A stretch of DNA of 37,379 nucleotides from an uncultured archaeon (GTDB lineage Archaea; Altiarchaeota; Altiarchaeia; IMC4; SCGC-AAA252-I15), in NCBI GenBank assembly GCA_902384455.1, contig CABMCB010000077.1, forward strand, positions 1 through 37,379, read 5' to 3'. A model generated the notes under the pieces. That model worked only from the letters and a program-made list of their open reading frames with translations, searched no databases and was not told the DNA's origin. Below, in pieces: positions 1 to 9,844 of the stretch (the stretch's first letter is position 1; each line of letters begins with the position of its first letter). Position numbers and translations under genes: made by a program.

Positions 1-2
1 CA

Positions 3-167
3 ACCACCACCACATCCCCGACCCCCCCCACAACCACCATACCCACTCCAACACCCACCACAACATCAACCCCAACTAAAACCACCACAACAACCACAAT
101 CAAACCAACAACCACCACAATAACACCAACAACTACCACCACGACAGTAATAACCCGAGCATCATAA
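3..167 (+). CDS. 3' end of an upstream gene (partial): Thr/Pro-rich low-complexity C-terminal tail, probably of a surface or secreted protein
   Basis: Frame from base 3 reads TTTTSPTPPTTTIPTPTPTTTSTPTKTTTTTTIKPTTTTITPTTTTTTVITRAS then TAA at 165-167; absent from the ORF track because the start is outside the window. Confidence 0.7.
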   Translation, partial: TTTTSPTPPTTTIPTPTPTTTSTPTKTTTTTTIKPTTTTITPTTTTTTVITRAS

Positions 168-200
168 CCTACAGCCACACACAATCCGCATCCACCACCT

Positions 201-207
201 TTTTATA
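201..207 (+). promoter_or_regulatory. Putative TATA box of the rps15 operon
   Basis: TTTTATA in the gap after the upstream stop; archaeal spacing would put the transcription start near 228-232. Confidence 0.6.
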
Positions 208-228
208 CCCATCTGCCGTAGTGTATTG

Positions 229-302
229 TACGCATTGTTTCTTTGGGCGGGCCGGATTCGTCTAACCCGCGCCGAACAAGAGCGCACAGTAAAAAAACTG
301 CG
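229..302 (+). ncRNA. Candidate structured 5' leader (ribosomal protein S15 leader)
   Basis: Hairpin 242-251/266-276 (G271 bulged) with inner GGA/UCU stem closing a UUCG loop (257-260); second hairpin CAGT 287-290/ACTG 297-300 just before the ATG at 303. Confidence 0.5.
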
Positions 303-758
303 ATGGCTCGTATTCACGCACGCAAAAAAGGAAAATCAAAAAGCAAGCCCCCAGCTCGCTTAGAAGTACCAGAGTGGGTAGCCTACAGCCCAGAAGAAGT
401 ACAGCAACTAGTAGTAAAACTAGCCAAAGAAGGAGTATCCCCAAGCATAATCGGCCTGGTGCTCCGCGACCAATACGGAATACCAAGCGTCCAACAAGTC
501 ACAGGAAAACGCGTCACAGAAATACTAAAAACAGAAAACCTCGCGTCAGAACTCCCAGAAGACCTCATAAACATGATACGCAAGGCAGTAGCCCTAAGAA
601 AACACCTCGCAACACACAAAAAAGACCTACACAACACGCGCGGCCTGCAACTTCTCGAATCCAGAATCAGACGTTTAACAAAATACTACCGGTCGTCAGG
701 ACGCCTGCCAGCAGACTGGAGGTACGAGCCTGAGACGGCGGAGCTCATAGTAAAATGA
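303..758 (+). CDS. rps15: 30S ribosomal protein uS15 (S15P/S13e)
   Basis: [12 protein letters not shown] start, [40 protein letters not shown]; ATG 303 preferred over the TTG at 243. Confidence 0.98.
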   Translation: MARIHARKKGKSKSKPPARLEVPEWVAYSPEEVQQLVVKLAKEGVSPSIIGLVLRDQYGIPSVQQVTGKRVTEILKTENLASELPEDLINMIRKAVALRKHLATHKKDLHNTRGLQLLESRIRRLTKYYRSSGRLPADWRYEPETAELIVK

Positions 759-979
759 AGTTCACCGCCACGTTACTCACGGAATCGCACGACGCAACAT
801 CGGTTGCGAAGGCATTGTCCGCCGACAACCACGGCGTGGAAGGCCTCACAGTCGAGACTTCCGCGAAAAACGGCATGGTGCGCTCAATTGTGGCCTCTGA
901 CCGTTTGGGGACTTTGGTTTCGTCAGTCGATGATTTAATCCGCTGCCAGATGGTGGCGGAGGAGGCGTTTAGTGGCTAA
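755..979 (+). CDS. pcc1: KEOPS complex subunit Pcc1
   Basis: 74 aa, ALSADN and [11 protein letters not shown] motifs, usual position between rps15 and rps3ae, ATGA-like 4-bp overlap with rps15. Confidence 0.8.
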   Translation: MKFTATLLTESHDATSVAKALSADNHGVEGLTVETSAKNGMVRSIVASDRLGTLVSSVDDLIRCQMVAEEAFSG

Positions 980-1541
980 GACCAGCAGCAAGAAGCAGAT
1001 TACTTCGTGGAAGAGGAAGAAGAATTACGACGTTGTCACTCCCGATAATTTCGAGCGCCAAGTCATAGGGACGACGATGGCTTCTGAGCCGCAGCAGCTT
1101 GCCGGAAGGACAGTTCAGGTCAACATGTCTGACGTGACCGGAGACCGGTCAAAGCAGTATGTGACACTAGCATTCGAGCTTGACGAAGTCGACGGAAACC
1201 AAGTTAAGACCAAGTTCAAGCGGTACACAATCCCCTCAAGCTACTTGCGCGGGAAAGTCCGCAAAGGAATGAGCAAAGTCGACTACATCGGAGACCCAGT
1301 CATAGGCGGACAGAAGTTCAGAGTAAAAATCATAGTGCTATCCCACTGCCACCTAAGCGAAAGCCAAAGGAAAGACGTCTTGGCGGCAATAGTCAACATC
1401 ATCCGCCAGCACAACAAGGACGAAGTGGAGCAGTTCGTGCAGTTTGCTTTGTTCGGCAAACTGGGAACTGAGATTTACCGCGTCGTCAAAAAAATTGTGC
1501 CAGTCACATGGGCTGAAGTATCCCACGTAGAACTGAAATAA
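972..1541 (+). CDS. rps3ae: 30S ribosomal protein eS1 (S3Ae)
   Basis: WKRKKNYDVVTP, GRTVQVNMSDVTGD, VRKGMSKVD, KKIVPV; GTG start. Confidence 0.95.
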   Translation: MAKTSSKKQITSWKRKKNYDVVTPDNFERQVIGTTMASEPQQLAGRTVQVNMSDVTGDRSKQYVTLAFELDEVDGNQVKTKFKRYTIPSSYLRGKVRKGMSKVDYIGDPVIGGQKFRVKIIVLSHCHLSESQRKDVLAAIVNIIRQHNKDEVEQFVQFALFGKLGTEIYRVVKKIVPVTWAEVSHVELK

Positions 1542-1580
1542 GGCCGACTCAGTTGCAGCATCTTCTGTATTCTCTGGGCG

Positions 1581-2930
1581 CTACCTCCTTACATAAGGTT
1601 CTGCCGCTGACGCCGCATACATCACAACCCAGGGGATAACTGAGAAGTGATACCTTAAGTCTCCGAAGAACACAAGACTCCAAAGCGTAAAATAAGCTAC
1701 CACGATCAACCCCAAAATCGGAAAACTACGTTTCTCACTCTCTCCCGCAAACATCCGCAAACACCAAAGAAACATCAAAACGACCGCATAGTACGCCAAA
1801 CTGGAAACAACTCCGAAAAACAAAAGAAACCCTCGAACAAAACCAGTCGGCTTCGAAACTGAAGCAAGATTCCACGTGGCACCGTCAACCTCAGACCAAT
1901 ACGAATAAAACAATTTCTTAGGCCACAACGCCAGAGTTCCAACCGGGTTATCGCGCATATAGTTGATGGCGTAATCGCGGGCTTTCACGTCCCTTTCGTA
2001 TTCTCCTGCAGTGTCCTGGACGGCTTCTTCGCAGGCGCTCTCTAATGAAGAAGCGGTGCCGTTGTCTTGTTGAATGTCTCCTGAAATCCCAATCAGCGCT
2101 TTGACTTTGTCGTCCCAAAGGTATGTTCCAGTAGCATAAGGGTTATTGCCGATCAGAAGGTTTGTGCCTCCGTCGCTTAACAAAACTACTTCATGGTTTA
2201 CAACGTAGTTTCTCGCAATCCACGGAAGAAGAACGAGGATTAAAGCTGCTGTGCCAGCGGAAAACAAAACCAAAGACCTGCGGCGGGAAACACCTGCGTC
2301 GCCCCTAATCCAAACATCAAGGAGAAACAACGCCAAAAAACCTATCGCATACGGCTTGACAAGCGTGGCAAAACCGAAGATAGCGCCGGATAGCAACCAC
2401 GCCGAAACTTGCCTCTTACGGTAAAGAAGAGGAATCATTCCCGCAAGCGACAGGAAAAGAAAAAGAATCTCGGTCGCAGTCAAAGAAACATAGGCAACGT
2501 GGTTAGGGTAAAAAGAAAGAACCAAGAAAGTAAGGCGGCCGATTGTTTCCGACTTGAACAGTTTTTTTGCGATGAAGTATGACGCAGCTATCACTCCCAG
2601 ATAGAGCAGCAGGTTCATGAGTTTGGCGGCAAGAAGCGACGGACCGAATACGGCGAATGTGAGCCCTAGTAAAATGGGGTATCCTATCGGCAGGAAGGCT
2701 GTTGGCTGGCCGGCCGTAGAGTAGCCTAGTCTGCTTGCTGCGGCGTTCAGTCCGCTTTCGTAGTAAAGTTTAAAGCAGCCGGTTGGTTGCGCGTCAACAA
2801 GCAGAATCCAAAATAGCCGGATGGTTATTGCTGCCGCCGCGCAGAAGTGGAAGAAATACTTTGAATAAATTATCTTTCCCGCAAGAGAAGATTCCTTCTT
2901 TCCGCTTCTTTTTGGCGTTTTAATTGGCAT
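1581..2930 (-). CDS. Multi-pass membrane GT-C fold glycosyltransferase (GT39/ArnT/PMT-like)
   Basis: Many hydrophobic helices, TAFLPIGYP, TEILF, ATLVKP, PWIARNY, GNNP and FFGDLRY motifs. Confidence 0.8.
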   Translation of the reverse strand: MPIKTPKRSGKKESSLAGKIIYSKYFFHFCAAAAITIRLFWILLVDAQPTGCFKLYYESGLNAAASRLGYSTAGQPTAFLPIGYPILLGLTFAVFGPSLLAAKLMNLLLYLGVIAASYFIAKKLFKSETIGRLTFLVLSFYPNHVAYVSLTATEILFLFLSLAGMIPLLYRKRQVSAWLLSGAIFGFATLVKPYAIGFLALFLLDVWIRGDAGVSRRRSLVLFSAGTAALILVLLPWIARNYVVNHEVVLLSDGGTNLLIGNNPYATGTYLWDDKVKALIGISGDIQQDNGTASSLESACEEAVQDTAGEYERDVKARDYAINYMRDNPVGTLALWPKKLFYSYWSEVDGATWNLASVSKPTGFVRGFLLFFGVVSSLAYYAVVLMFLWCLRMFAGESEKRSFPILGLIVVAYFTLWSLVFFGDLRYHFSVIPWVVMYAASAAEPYVRR

Positions 2931-2959
2931 ACACTTTAAAATCGAGGCCTCGGGTTAAA

Positions 2960-4342
2960 TTACCAGTAGCGTCTGCATTCAGCAAGCGCTTTAGGCAGGT
3001 ACGCGGCTACGTCTGAGGCCGTAAGCATCACGTTGAGGTCTTTGTATGCGATGTCGCCTGCGAGTCCGTTTAGGAATGCGGCTGCGCAGGCGGTTTGAAA
3101 CGGGTTTTTGTTTTGGGCGAGCAGTCCTCCCGCTAGTCCCGCGAGCGTGTCGCCTGTGCCGCCTTTGGTCATCGCCGGATTTCCTGTGCGATTTAGCCGG
3201 GTTGTTTTTCCGTCGCTTATCACGTCTGTTGGCCCTTTCAAAAGTATCGTGCACCCCAGTTTCTTCGCGTATTTTTCAGTCAGCTGCTCGCGTTTTTTAG
3301 GGTCGTATTCCCCGGTGAGCATCTTGAATTCGCCTGCGTGAGGCGTCACTATTGTCTGAGGGTTTAGGCGTTTTTTATCTGCGAGCTTTATCGCGTCGGC
3401 GTCAAGAAGACGAGGCTTATTAGACTTCCTAAGAAACAAATTAAGCGCATCCCTTGTTTCGTCGGCCATTCCAAGTCCAGGGCCTATCGCTGCTGCGTCG
3501 TAGTTTAGTGCCAGTAGTTCGTCGACTGATTCAGACGTGAAAATCTCTCCTTTTATTGGGTGCACTATTGCGTCTGCGGGAAAAACTTGGTGGTCGGCGA
3601 CGTACTGGGGTACGGCTGAAGTTACAAGGTCTACTCCGCTTTTGATTGCGGCGTGGGTCATCAGCACCGGGGCTCCGCAGTATTGCCGGCTTCCGGCTAT
3701 AATCAGCAGGCGTCCGAAGTCTCCTTTGTGGGAGTCGCTTTTACGGTTGGGTAATGCGGCCCATACGTCTCCTGGTCCGCAGTATTTTTGTGCGTCTTTG
3801 GGTATTCCTATGTCTGCGGCAATCGTGTTTTTTGTTTTGGCTGTATGCAGGGCGATTGTTTTTGTCGCCTTGATTTTTCCTGCGCTTGGGACGTCGATGC
3901 TTATTATTGGTATTTTGGACGCGTTGATTTCTGTGACCAGCGTCTTTATGGGCTCTCTGAGTTCTCCTGCCGCTCCAACACCTATTAGCGCGTCAACTGC
4001 GGCATCTGATTTATTTAAGGCGGCTTTGGCCGCTTTTGATGCGTCGCGCTTATCTTTTACTTCGACAATTGGCACTCCTTTTTCAACGGCGCGCTTGAAG
4101 TTGAGTTCCGTGTCTGGTGTGCGGGTTCCGACGACTGCGACAACATGGACTTCTTTGCCTTCTTCATTTAGCAGCCGGGCAGCTGCGAATCCATCTCCGC
4201 CGTTTCCCCCTCTACCGCAGAAAACAGCAATCCTCCCGTACGGCTTTAAGTACCGGGCAACAGCTTTTCCCGCATTCTCCATAAGGGTTTCCGTTGAAAC
4301 ACCCAGGCAGCGGCTGTTTATGTCCAATACTCTGGAGTCCAC
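2960..4342 (-). CDS. nnr: Bifunctional NAD(P)H-hydrate epimerase/dehydratase (NnrE-NnrD, YjeF)
   Basis: LMENAG, CGRGGNGGDG, DVPS, SHKGDFG, IGPGLG, LDADA, TPHAGEF, GGTGDTLAG. Confidence 0.95.
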   Translation of the reverse strand: MDSRVLDINSRCLGVSTETLMENAGKAVARYLKPYGRIAVFCGRGGNGGDGFAAARLLNEEGKEVHVVAVVGTRTPDTELNFKRAVEKGVPIVEVKDKRDASKAAKAALNKSDAAVDALIGVGAAGELREPIKTLVTEINASKIPIISIDVPSAGKIKATKTIALHTAKTKNTIAADIGIPKDAQKYCGPGDVWAALPNRKSDSHKGDFGRLLIIAGSRQYCGAPVLMTHAAIKSGVDLVTSAVPQYVADHQVFPADAIVHPIKGEIFTSESVDELLALNYDAAAIGPGLGMADETRDALNLFLRKSNKPRLLDADAIKLADKKRLNPQTIVTPHAGEFKMLTGEYDPKKREQLTEKYAKKLGCTILLKGPTDVISDGKTTRLNRTGNPAMTKGGTGDTLAGLAGGLLAQNKNPFQTACAAAFLNGLAGDIAYKDLNVMLTASDVAAYLPKALAECRRYW

Positions 4343-4386
4343 ACTAAACCTTAAGATTAACCCGCTATAATATCCCCCGCGCGGCC

Positions 4387-6579
4387 TTAGATGTATGAGG
4401 GCTGCCGCTCCGACTTGTCGAACGCCTTCTTGTAGTAATTCAAGACGTCTCCGGTTATCGAAGGTTTGATTTCCTGCAGCGCCTTCTCAAAGTGCGCTCT
4501 GGTGACCTTCTCAGCCTTCATGTTCTCCCTCAATGCGAGTATGCCCGCTTTCTTGCATACGCCCTCAAGGTCTGCTCCGCTGTAGCTCTCTGTTTTCTGA
4601 GCCAGCTCATCCAAACTGACTCCTTCAAGAGGCATCTCTTTAGTGTGAATCTTAAGTATCTCAAGCCGCGCCTCCCTGTCGGGAGCAGGAACAACAATCA
4701 AACTGTCCAGGCGGCCAGGCCTAAGTATTCCCGGGTCAAGCATGTCGTGGCGGTTGGTGCTGCCTATGACGACGACGTTCTCCATGCTTTCTATGCCGTC
4801 AAGCTCAGTCAGCACCTGATTGACTATAGTCTCCGTGACGTGGCTTCCGCTGTACATTCCGCGGCGAGGCACAAGACTATCTATCTCATCAAACAAAATT
4901 ATCGTGGGCGCAGTCTGCCGAGCCTTCTTGAACACCTCACGCACACCCTTCTCGCTTTCACCAACCCACTTCGAAAGAAGTTCAGGACCCTTAATCGCAA
5001 TGAAATTCGCCTCAGACTCAGTAGCTACGGCCTTCGCAAGAAGCGTCTTCCCGCATCCGGGCGGCCCGTAAAGAAGCACTCCTTTAGGCGGGGTGATGCC
5101 GATCTTCTTGAACGCCTTAGGGTTCTTAAGAGGCCACTCCACCGCCTCCTTAAGTTGCTGTTTGACTTCTTTGAGGCCGCCTATGTCTGTCCATTTTACG
5201 TTTGGGACTTCGACGAGTACTTCGCGTAGTGCTGATGGTTGTATTGTTCTTAGTGCGTCTGTGAAGTCGTCTTTTGTGACTTGGAGTGTTTCGAGTACTT
5301 CGGCGGGTATGACTTCTTTTTCTAGGTCTATTTTTGGAAGTATTTTTCTGAGTGCGCTCATTGCGGATTCTCTGGCTACTGCGTATAGGTCTGCTCCTAC
5401 GAATCCGTGTGTTGTGTCTCCTATTTTCCTTAGGTCTACGTCTTGTGCGAGCGGCATGCCGCGGGTGTGTATTTGCAGTATCTCGTATCTTCCGTCTTTG
5501 TCTGGCACTCCTATCTCTATTTCGCGGTCGAATCTTCCTGGGCGTCTTAGTGCGGGGTCGATGGCGTCTTCGCGGTTTGTGGCGGCTATCACTATTACGT
5601 CTCCTCTGGATACGAGTCCGTCCATTAGCGCCAGCAGTTGCGCCACTACCCTTCGTTCGACTTCGCCTCGCGTTTCTTCCCGTTTGGGTGCGATGCTGTC
5701 TACTTCGTCTATGAATATGATTGCTGGGGCGTTTTGCTGCGCTTCCTCGAATACTTCCCTTAGGCGGCGTTCTGATTCGCCGTAGAATTTGTCTATTATT
5801 TCGGGGCCATTCAGGTGTATGAAGTACGCGTTTGTTTCGTTGGCGACGGCTTTGGCGAGAAGCGTTTTTCCTGTGCCGGGCGGGCCGTACAGCAGGACTC
5901 CTTTTGGAGGTTGTATGCCGACTTTCTCGAATAGTTCCGGGTGCTTGAGCGGGAGCTCAACCATCTCGCGGACACGCGCAACAGCGTCCTTGAGGCCTCC
6001 TACGTCTTCGTATCTGACGCCTGGCACGCCTTCGGATTGGACTGATGTTGGTTTGTCTCTTATTTCTATGTGGGTGGTTTCTGCGACTTGGATTATGCCT
6101 TTGGGTTTGCTTGAGATGAGGGTGAAGCTTATGGCTTGGCCGAGTACGCTTATGTAGAATTGGTCTCCTGCGGTGAATGCTCGTCCCATGAGTACGCGGT
6201 GTTTTACGTAGTCTGAGAAGTCGCTGCCGAAGTTTATTTCGTGGCTTGTGGGTGCGATGATTATTCTTTCGGCTGGTTTGACTTCGGCTTTGGTGACTTT
6301 GACTCTGTCGCCTAGGCTTGAGCCGCTGTTTTGGCGTATCATGCCGTCCATGCGGATTATTTCCTGGTCTTCGTCTTGGGGGTGGGCTTGCCATACTTTG
6401 GCGGTCGTCGTTTTGGAGCCTGTGATTTCTATGATGTCTCCTGTGGTGACCTGGAGCTTTCTGCATGATGCGGTGTCAAGTCTTGCGATGCCTCGGCCGA
6501 CGTCGTTTTGGAGGGCTTCGGCTACTTTAACCTCTATTTCTTTTTTTGGCGGTGTTGCCGCAGGTTTTTTCTCTTCCAT
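4387..6579 (-). CDS. cdc48: CDC48/VCP family AAA ATPase
   Basis: N domain plus two AAA modules: [21 protein letters not shown] and [19 protein letters not shown]; C-terminal SYI; AGGAG SD upstream. Confidence 0.98.
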   Translation of the reverse strand: MEEKKPAATPPKKEIEVKVAEALQNDVGRGIARLDTASCRKLQVTTGDIIEITGSKTTTAKVWQAHPQDEDQEIIRMDGMIRQNSGSSLGDRVKVTKAEVKPAERIIIAPTSHEINFGSDFSDYVKHRVLMGRAFTAGDQFYISVLGQAISFTLISSKPKGIIQVAETTHIEIRDKPTSVQSEGVPGVRYEDVGGLKDAVARVREMVELPLKHPELFEKVGIQPPKGVLLYGPPGTGKTLLAKAVANETNAYFIHLNGPEIIDKFYGESERRLREVFEEAQQNAPAIIFIDEVDSIAPKREETRGEVERRVVAQLLALMDGLVSRGDVIVIAATNREDAIDPALRRPGRFDREIEIGVPDKDGRYEILQIHTRGMPLAQDVDLRKIGDTTHGFVGADLYAVARESAMSALRKILPKIDLEKEVIPAEVLETLQVTKDDFTDALRTIQPSALREVLVEVPNVKWTDIGGLKEVKQQLKEAVEWPLKNPKAFKKIGITPPKGVLLYGPPGCGKTLLAKAVATESEANFIAIKGPELLSKWVGESEKGVREVFKKARQTAPTIILFDEIDSLVPRRGMYSGSHVTETIVNQVLTELDGIESMENVVVIGSTNRHDMLDPGILRPGRLDSLIVVPAPDREARLEILKIHTKEMPLEGVSLDELAQKTESYSGADLEGVCKKAGILALRENMKAEKVTRAHFEKALQEIKPSITGDVLNYYKKAFDKSERQPSYI

Positions 6580-6658
6580 TTGTGGTCGTCTCCTTTTTGA
6601 GATAGTGTATTGATGCGCTTAAGTTAATAAACTTGTTTTTTACAATTGGTTTGCCTGT

Positions 6659-7843
6659 TTACTGGGGCTTTTTGCCGCTCATGACCTCGCGCAAAAACAC
6701 GGTCGCATAGCAGCCCTTAGGCAGCATGAAGCGCACTGATACGCTCAAAGGATTACTACCCGTAACCTTTAAAACATCAAAATCCCTCACCTCCGCAAAA
6801 CACCTCCTCCACGCGCCTCTAGAGCCCAACTGAGGGCAATCCTTAACATAAAAGTCCTGCGTCCTAATACCGTCTTCAGCAATCACCGCCGCACTAACCT
6901 CATCCGGAGCAGTACGCCGCCCAACAAGAGGGAGCTTCTCCACTTTCTCGCCGCGCAAAACAACCTCGCTCAACGCCCTGTTGAACACATACGACTGGTA
7001 AGCGTGAACGAACATCTCCGAAAGAGTCCTGGGGAACCTCAAGAGCGCCCCGCTAAAGTCCCCCGGCTTCTCAACAAGATGATTCAACAAAATCGCCTCG
7101 TAACCAAGCCGCTTAGGCCAATACTTCAAAGCCTCCCGGTAGTCGCCTTCAGCGGCAAGCCGCCTGCGCGCAGTCACAGCATCCTCATTCTCCTGCGGAA
7201 AAACAGCAGTCAAATAAGTCAAAACCGCACCCTCAAAATCACCCTTCAAAATATGCCTCCCAACAACATGAGTAATAGGCCTTACGTCCCCGAACCTCTG
7301 GACGCCGTAAAAATTGGGGAAAACCCCGTTCAACTCCTCCCGCACCCGCGCAATCCTACTTAGCGCCTCAGACTCCTCCAAAGGCACATCCATCACAGTA
7401 ATAGTAAAACGGTTGCCCCACAAGTCGCCCAAGCCCACACGCCGTGGCGCATAACCCACACTCCTAACCGCAATGTCCTTAATTGAAACCGACTTCAATT
7501 CATCAGGAGAAACATTCCACCCGCTCATCCTCTGAGTAGTCACAGCCCGCCTGTCTTTGGTGCCTGCGAAAGAAAACCTCCCCTGACTAATCCTCAAAGA
7601 GCGGGCCAACTCTTTAATAGCCCTATGAGTATCCCAATTAACCTTCTCCAAAGTGAAATGAACAAACTTATCCGGCTCAACAGAACCCGGCTCATCCAAC
7701 CCAACCTCAAGCACCCGCCCATCAGGCAAAACCTCCTCAACAACAAAATCCTCACACTCCTGCTTCAAAAACCCGCCGATGCCAGCGCTTCCAGAAGCAA
7801 ATGACGTCACCCCTATTTCACGCCACAAAGAATCAGATTCCAT
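6659..7843 (-). CDS. truD: tRNA pseudouridine(13) synthase TruD
   Basis: EDFVVEE, FAGTKDRRAVTTQ, LWGNRF, PNFYGVQRFG, HAYQSYVFN, LPKGCYATVFLRE; start moved to ATG 7843 to avoid overlap with the upstream gene. Confidence 0.96.
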   Translation of the reverse strand: MESDSLWREIGVTSFASGSAGIGGFLKQECEDFVVEEVLPDGRVLEVGLDEPGSVEPDKFVHFTLEKVNWDTHRAIKELARSLRISQGRFSFAGTKDRRAVTTQRMSGWNVSPDELKSVSIKDIAVRSVGYAPRRVGLGDLWGNRFTITVMDVPLEESEALSRIARVREELNGVFPNFYGVQRFGDVRPITHVVGRHILKGDFEGAVLTYLTAVFPQENEDAVTARRRLAAEGDYREALKYWPKRLGYEAILLNHLVEKPGDFSGALLRFPRTLSEMFVHAYQSYVFNRALSEVVLRGEKVEKLPLVGRRTAPDEVSAAVIAEDGIRTQDFYVKDCPQLGSRGAWRRCFAEVRDFDVLKVTGSNPLSVSVRFMLPKGCYATVFLREVMSGKKPQ

Positions 7844-7850
7844 GTTTATC

Positions 7851-9767
7851 TCAGGCCTGTTCGCCGGCAGAAAGCATCTGCTCCATAACAAGAAGCCTCT
7901 GAGCAAGAGTAATCGGAGCGCTCATCCTCTGAATGTGCTCTATTCTGGCAGCGCCGGAATCCTGACCACCCGCTACCTCAATTTTCCCGTAAACAGACTC
8001 GGCAAGACGCCCGACGACTCTCTTCGCCTCCTTTCCCACATCAGCAACACCCTGCGAACTCATAGTCTCAGTCAAAAAACCAAGAGCAACCTCGGGAGGA
8101 GTCGCGGAATCAGCAAGAAAATGAACCACCTGATAAGGAATCCTATACTGCTCCCTTTCAGTCAAACGGACGCATTCTTCGGCCATGAATTTCTCCATTT
8201 CGCCAGCGTTCATCCTCGTCGCAACCGCCTCTATAAAGCTGTTGTTGCGTTGTATCCCCGGTATGGTGGCGTGAGCGAAAGCCCACCTCTGCTCGCTTGT
8301 GGCATACTCCGGCGAACCCTGAACCTCCGCAGTCCATCCCTGCAGTATCTCATTAGCCTTGATTGCAATGGGATGCAATACTGTGGCAGTGTTCAACGGG
8401 ACGGTCGGATTCCACTCCTTAATGGCGGCGAAATCCCTCCGTAAAGAAGCATCCATGTCGTCGAAAACAAAATCATGCCTCTCCCGGAGATTAGTGTACT
8501 GGGCGGGAGTTGCGATGCCAGCGCACAAAAGGTCGTCTGGAATGTTTATGACTCCTGACTTAAGGCACCTTACAAGCTTCCCTTCATATTCCCCCTCGAC
8601 AGCAGCCGCATCAAATTCCTTAATCGCCTTCCTCCAAGCCGCATCCAACACCATGCTGGTGTATACCGCCTGGAATGCATGGCTTGTCGGTGTGCCGAAG
8701 ATAACTGTTTCATAGGAAGTTGCTCCCGTCTGCTGCATCACACTGTCTCTGAGCGCAACAAGACTTACAGCGTCAACTTCGTCTGAACCGCGAATACGCC
8801 GATAATCAGAATTAGTGCGCCACAATGCGTCGTCAATGAAACCCTCCATGGGCAGCAAAAAAATGACTTCCGTCTTAACCCCTGCCTCCCACTTCGCAGG
8901 CCTCTCGCATTCAGTCACTGTTCCTTTAGAAAGCATGTACGTTTTTCCGTCGTCCGGATTGACGCTAACGACCCTAAGGTCTCCGCCGTGCTGGCCTGCA
9001 ACCACTGCGGCGTGCGCAAGCCCCAGACCAGTTCCCTCTGTTTTTGTGGTGAAGAAAGGTTCAAGGCATCTCTCAAGGGTTTCACTCGTCATTCCGCGTC
9101 CCGTGTCAGAAACAGACAAGGCAGCATACTGCTTTTCTCCTTCGGCTTCTACGCGGGTTTCAACTCGAATAAATCCACTGCCCATGGCCTCAGAGGCGTT
9201 TTTAATCAAATTGAGTGCCACGTCCTGAATGTGCCCTGCCCTACCTTTCACGGCAGGAACGTCGGATTCAGTCCTGACAACAAGAATCTTACCTCCAGCC
9301 CTAAGGCGCTCCACCATAAGGTCACGGGTCTCAAGTACGACGTCGTTCAACCGCACATCCTGAATCTCATCGCTGAAGGCACGCTTAACAAAATTATTCG
9401 CAGCATCAAGACCTCCGCTGACAACCAGCATGGCCTGCTTAAGCTTCTGTCCCCGTTCTCCCGCGGCGGCTTCCCCTTCAGCCGCACTCCGGGATGCGGC
9501 AGCCAACTGCTCCCTAATGTGCTTAAAATCCCGTTGGGTGGCTGCAGTAAGTCCTCCGGCGAACCATAAGGCGGCGGTGTTGGCGTTTCTTATGTTATGA
9601 AAATATTCTCCCGTAACCTGTAGCGCCGCCTCTAAGTCCTTCCGTCCGCCGCCCACGTCCTCACTTACTTCCATTGGGCCGATGGTCTTTATGACTTCGC
9701 CGTCGGGGCCTAGAATCTGGACTGGTTTCTTCGGGGACTGAGGGCCCGGCAGAATAATTCCACTCAT
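7851..9767 (-). CDS. Orphan histidine kinase-like protein (H-box plus HATPase_c) with a long unknown C-terminal region
   Basis: FHNIRN (H-box-like), NLIKNASEAM (N), DTGRGM (G1), PFFTTK (F), GTGLGL (G2); about 330 aa after the ATPase domain not recognised. Confidence 0.85.
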   Translation of the reverse strand: MSGIILPGPQSPKKPVQILGPDGEVIKTIGPMEVSEDVGGGRKDLEAALQVTGEYFHNIRNANTAALWFAGGLTAATQRDFKHIREQLAAASRSAAEGEAAAGERGQKLKQAMLVVSGGLDAANNFVKRAFSDEIQDVRLNDVVLETRDLMVERLRAGGKILVVRTESDVPAVKGRAGHIQDVALNLIKNASEAMGSGFIRVETRVEAEGEKQYAALSVSDTGRGMTSETLERCLEPFFTTKTEGTGLGLAHAAVVAGQHGGDLRVVSVNPDDGKTYMLSKGTVTECERPAKWEAGVKTEVIFLLPMEGFIDDALWRTNSDYRRIRGSDEVDAVSLVALRDSVMQQTGATSYETVIFGTPTSHAFQAVYTSMVLDAAWRKAIKEFDAAAVEGEYEGKLVRCLKSGVINIPDDLLCAGIATPAQYTNLRERHDFVFDDMDASLRRDFAAIKEWNPTVPLNTATVLHPIAIKANEILQGWTAEVQGSPEYATSEQRWAFAHATIPGIQRNNSFIEAVATRMNAGEMEKFMAEECVRLTEREQYRIPYQVVHFLADSATPPEVALGFLTETMSSQGVADVGKEAKRVVGRLAESVYGKIEVAGGQDSGAARIEHIQRMSAPITLAQRLLVMEQMLSAGEQA

Positions 9768-9844
9768 CCTTATCTATCCCGTAGAGTACCCTTAAATCCC
9801 CTCCAACAACCCCTATTTAACAATCTCACTCCCAATATCTTCCC

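Noticed and set aside
1-200. CA-rich repeats as CRISPR, telomere-like or satellite DNA
   Set aside because: No fixed repeat unit or spacers; explained by ACN Thr codons.
243-302. N-terminal extension of uS15 from TTG 243
   Set aside because: The conserved protein starts MARIH at 303; the region is better read as a structured UTR.
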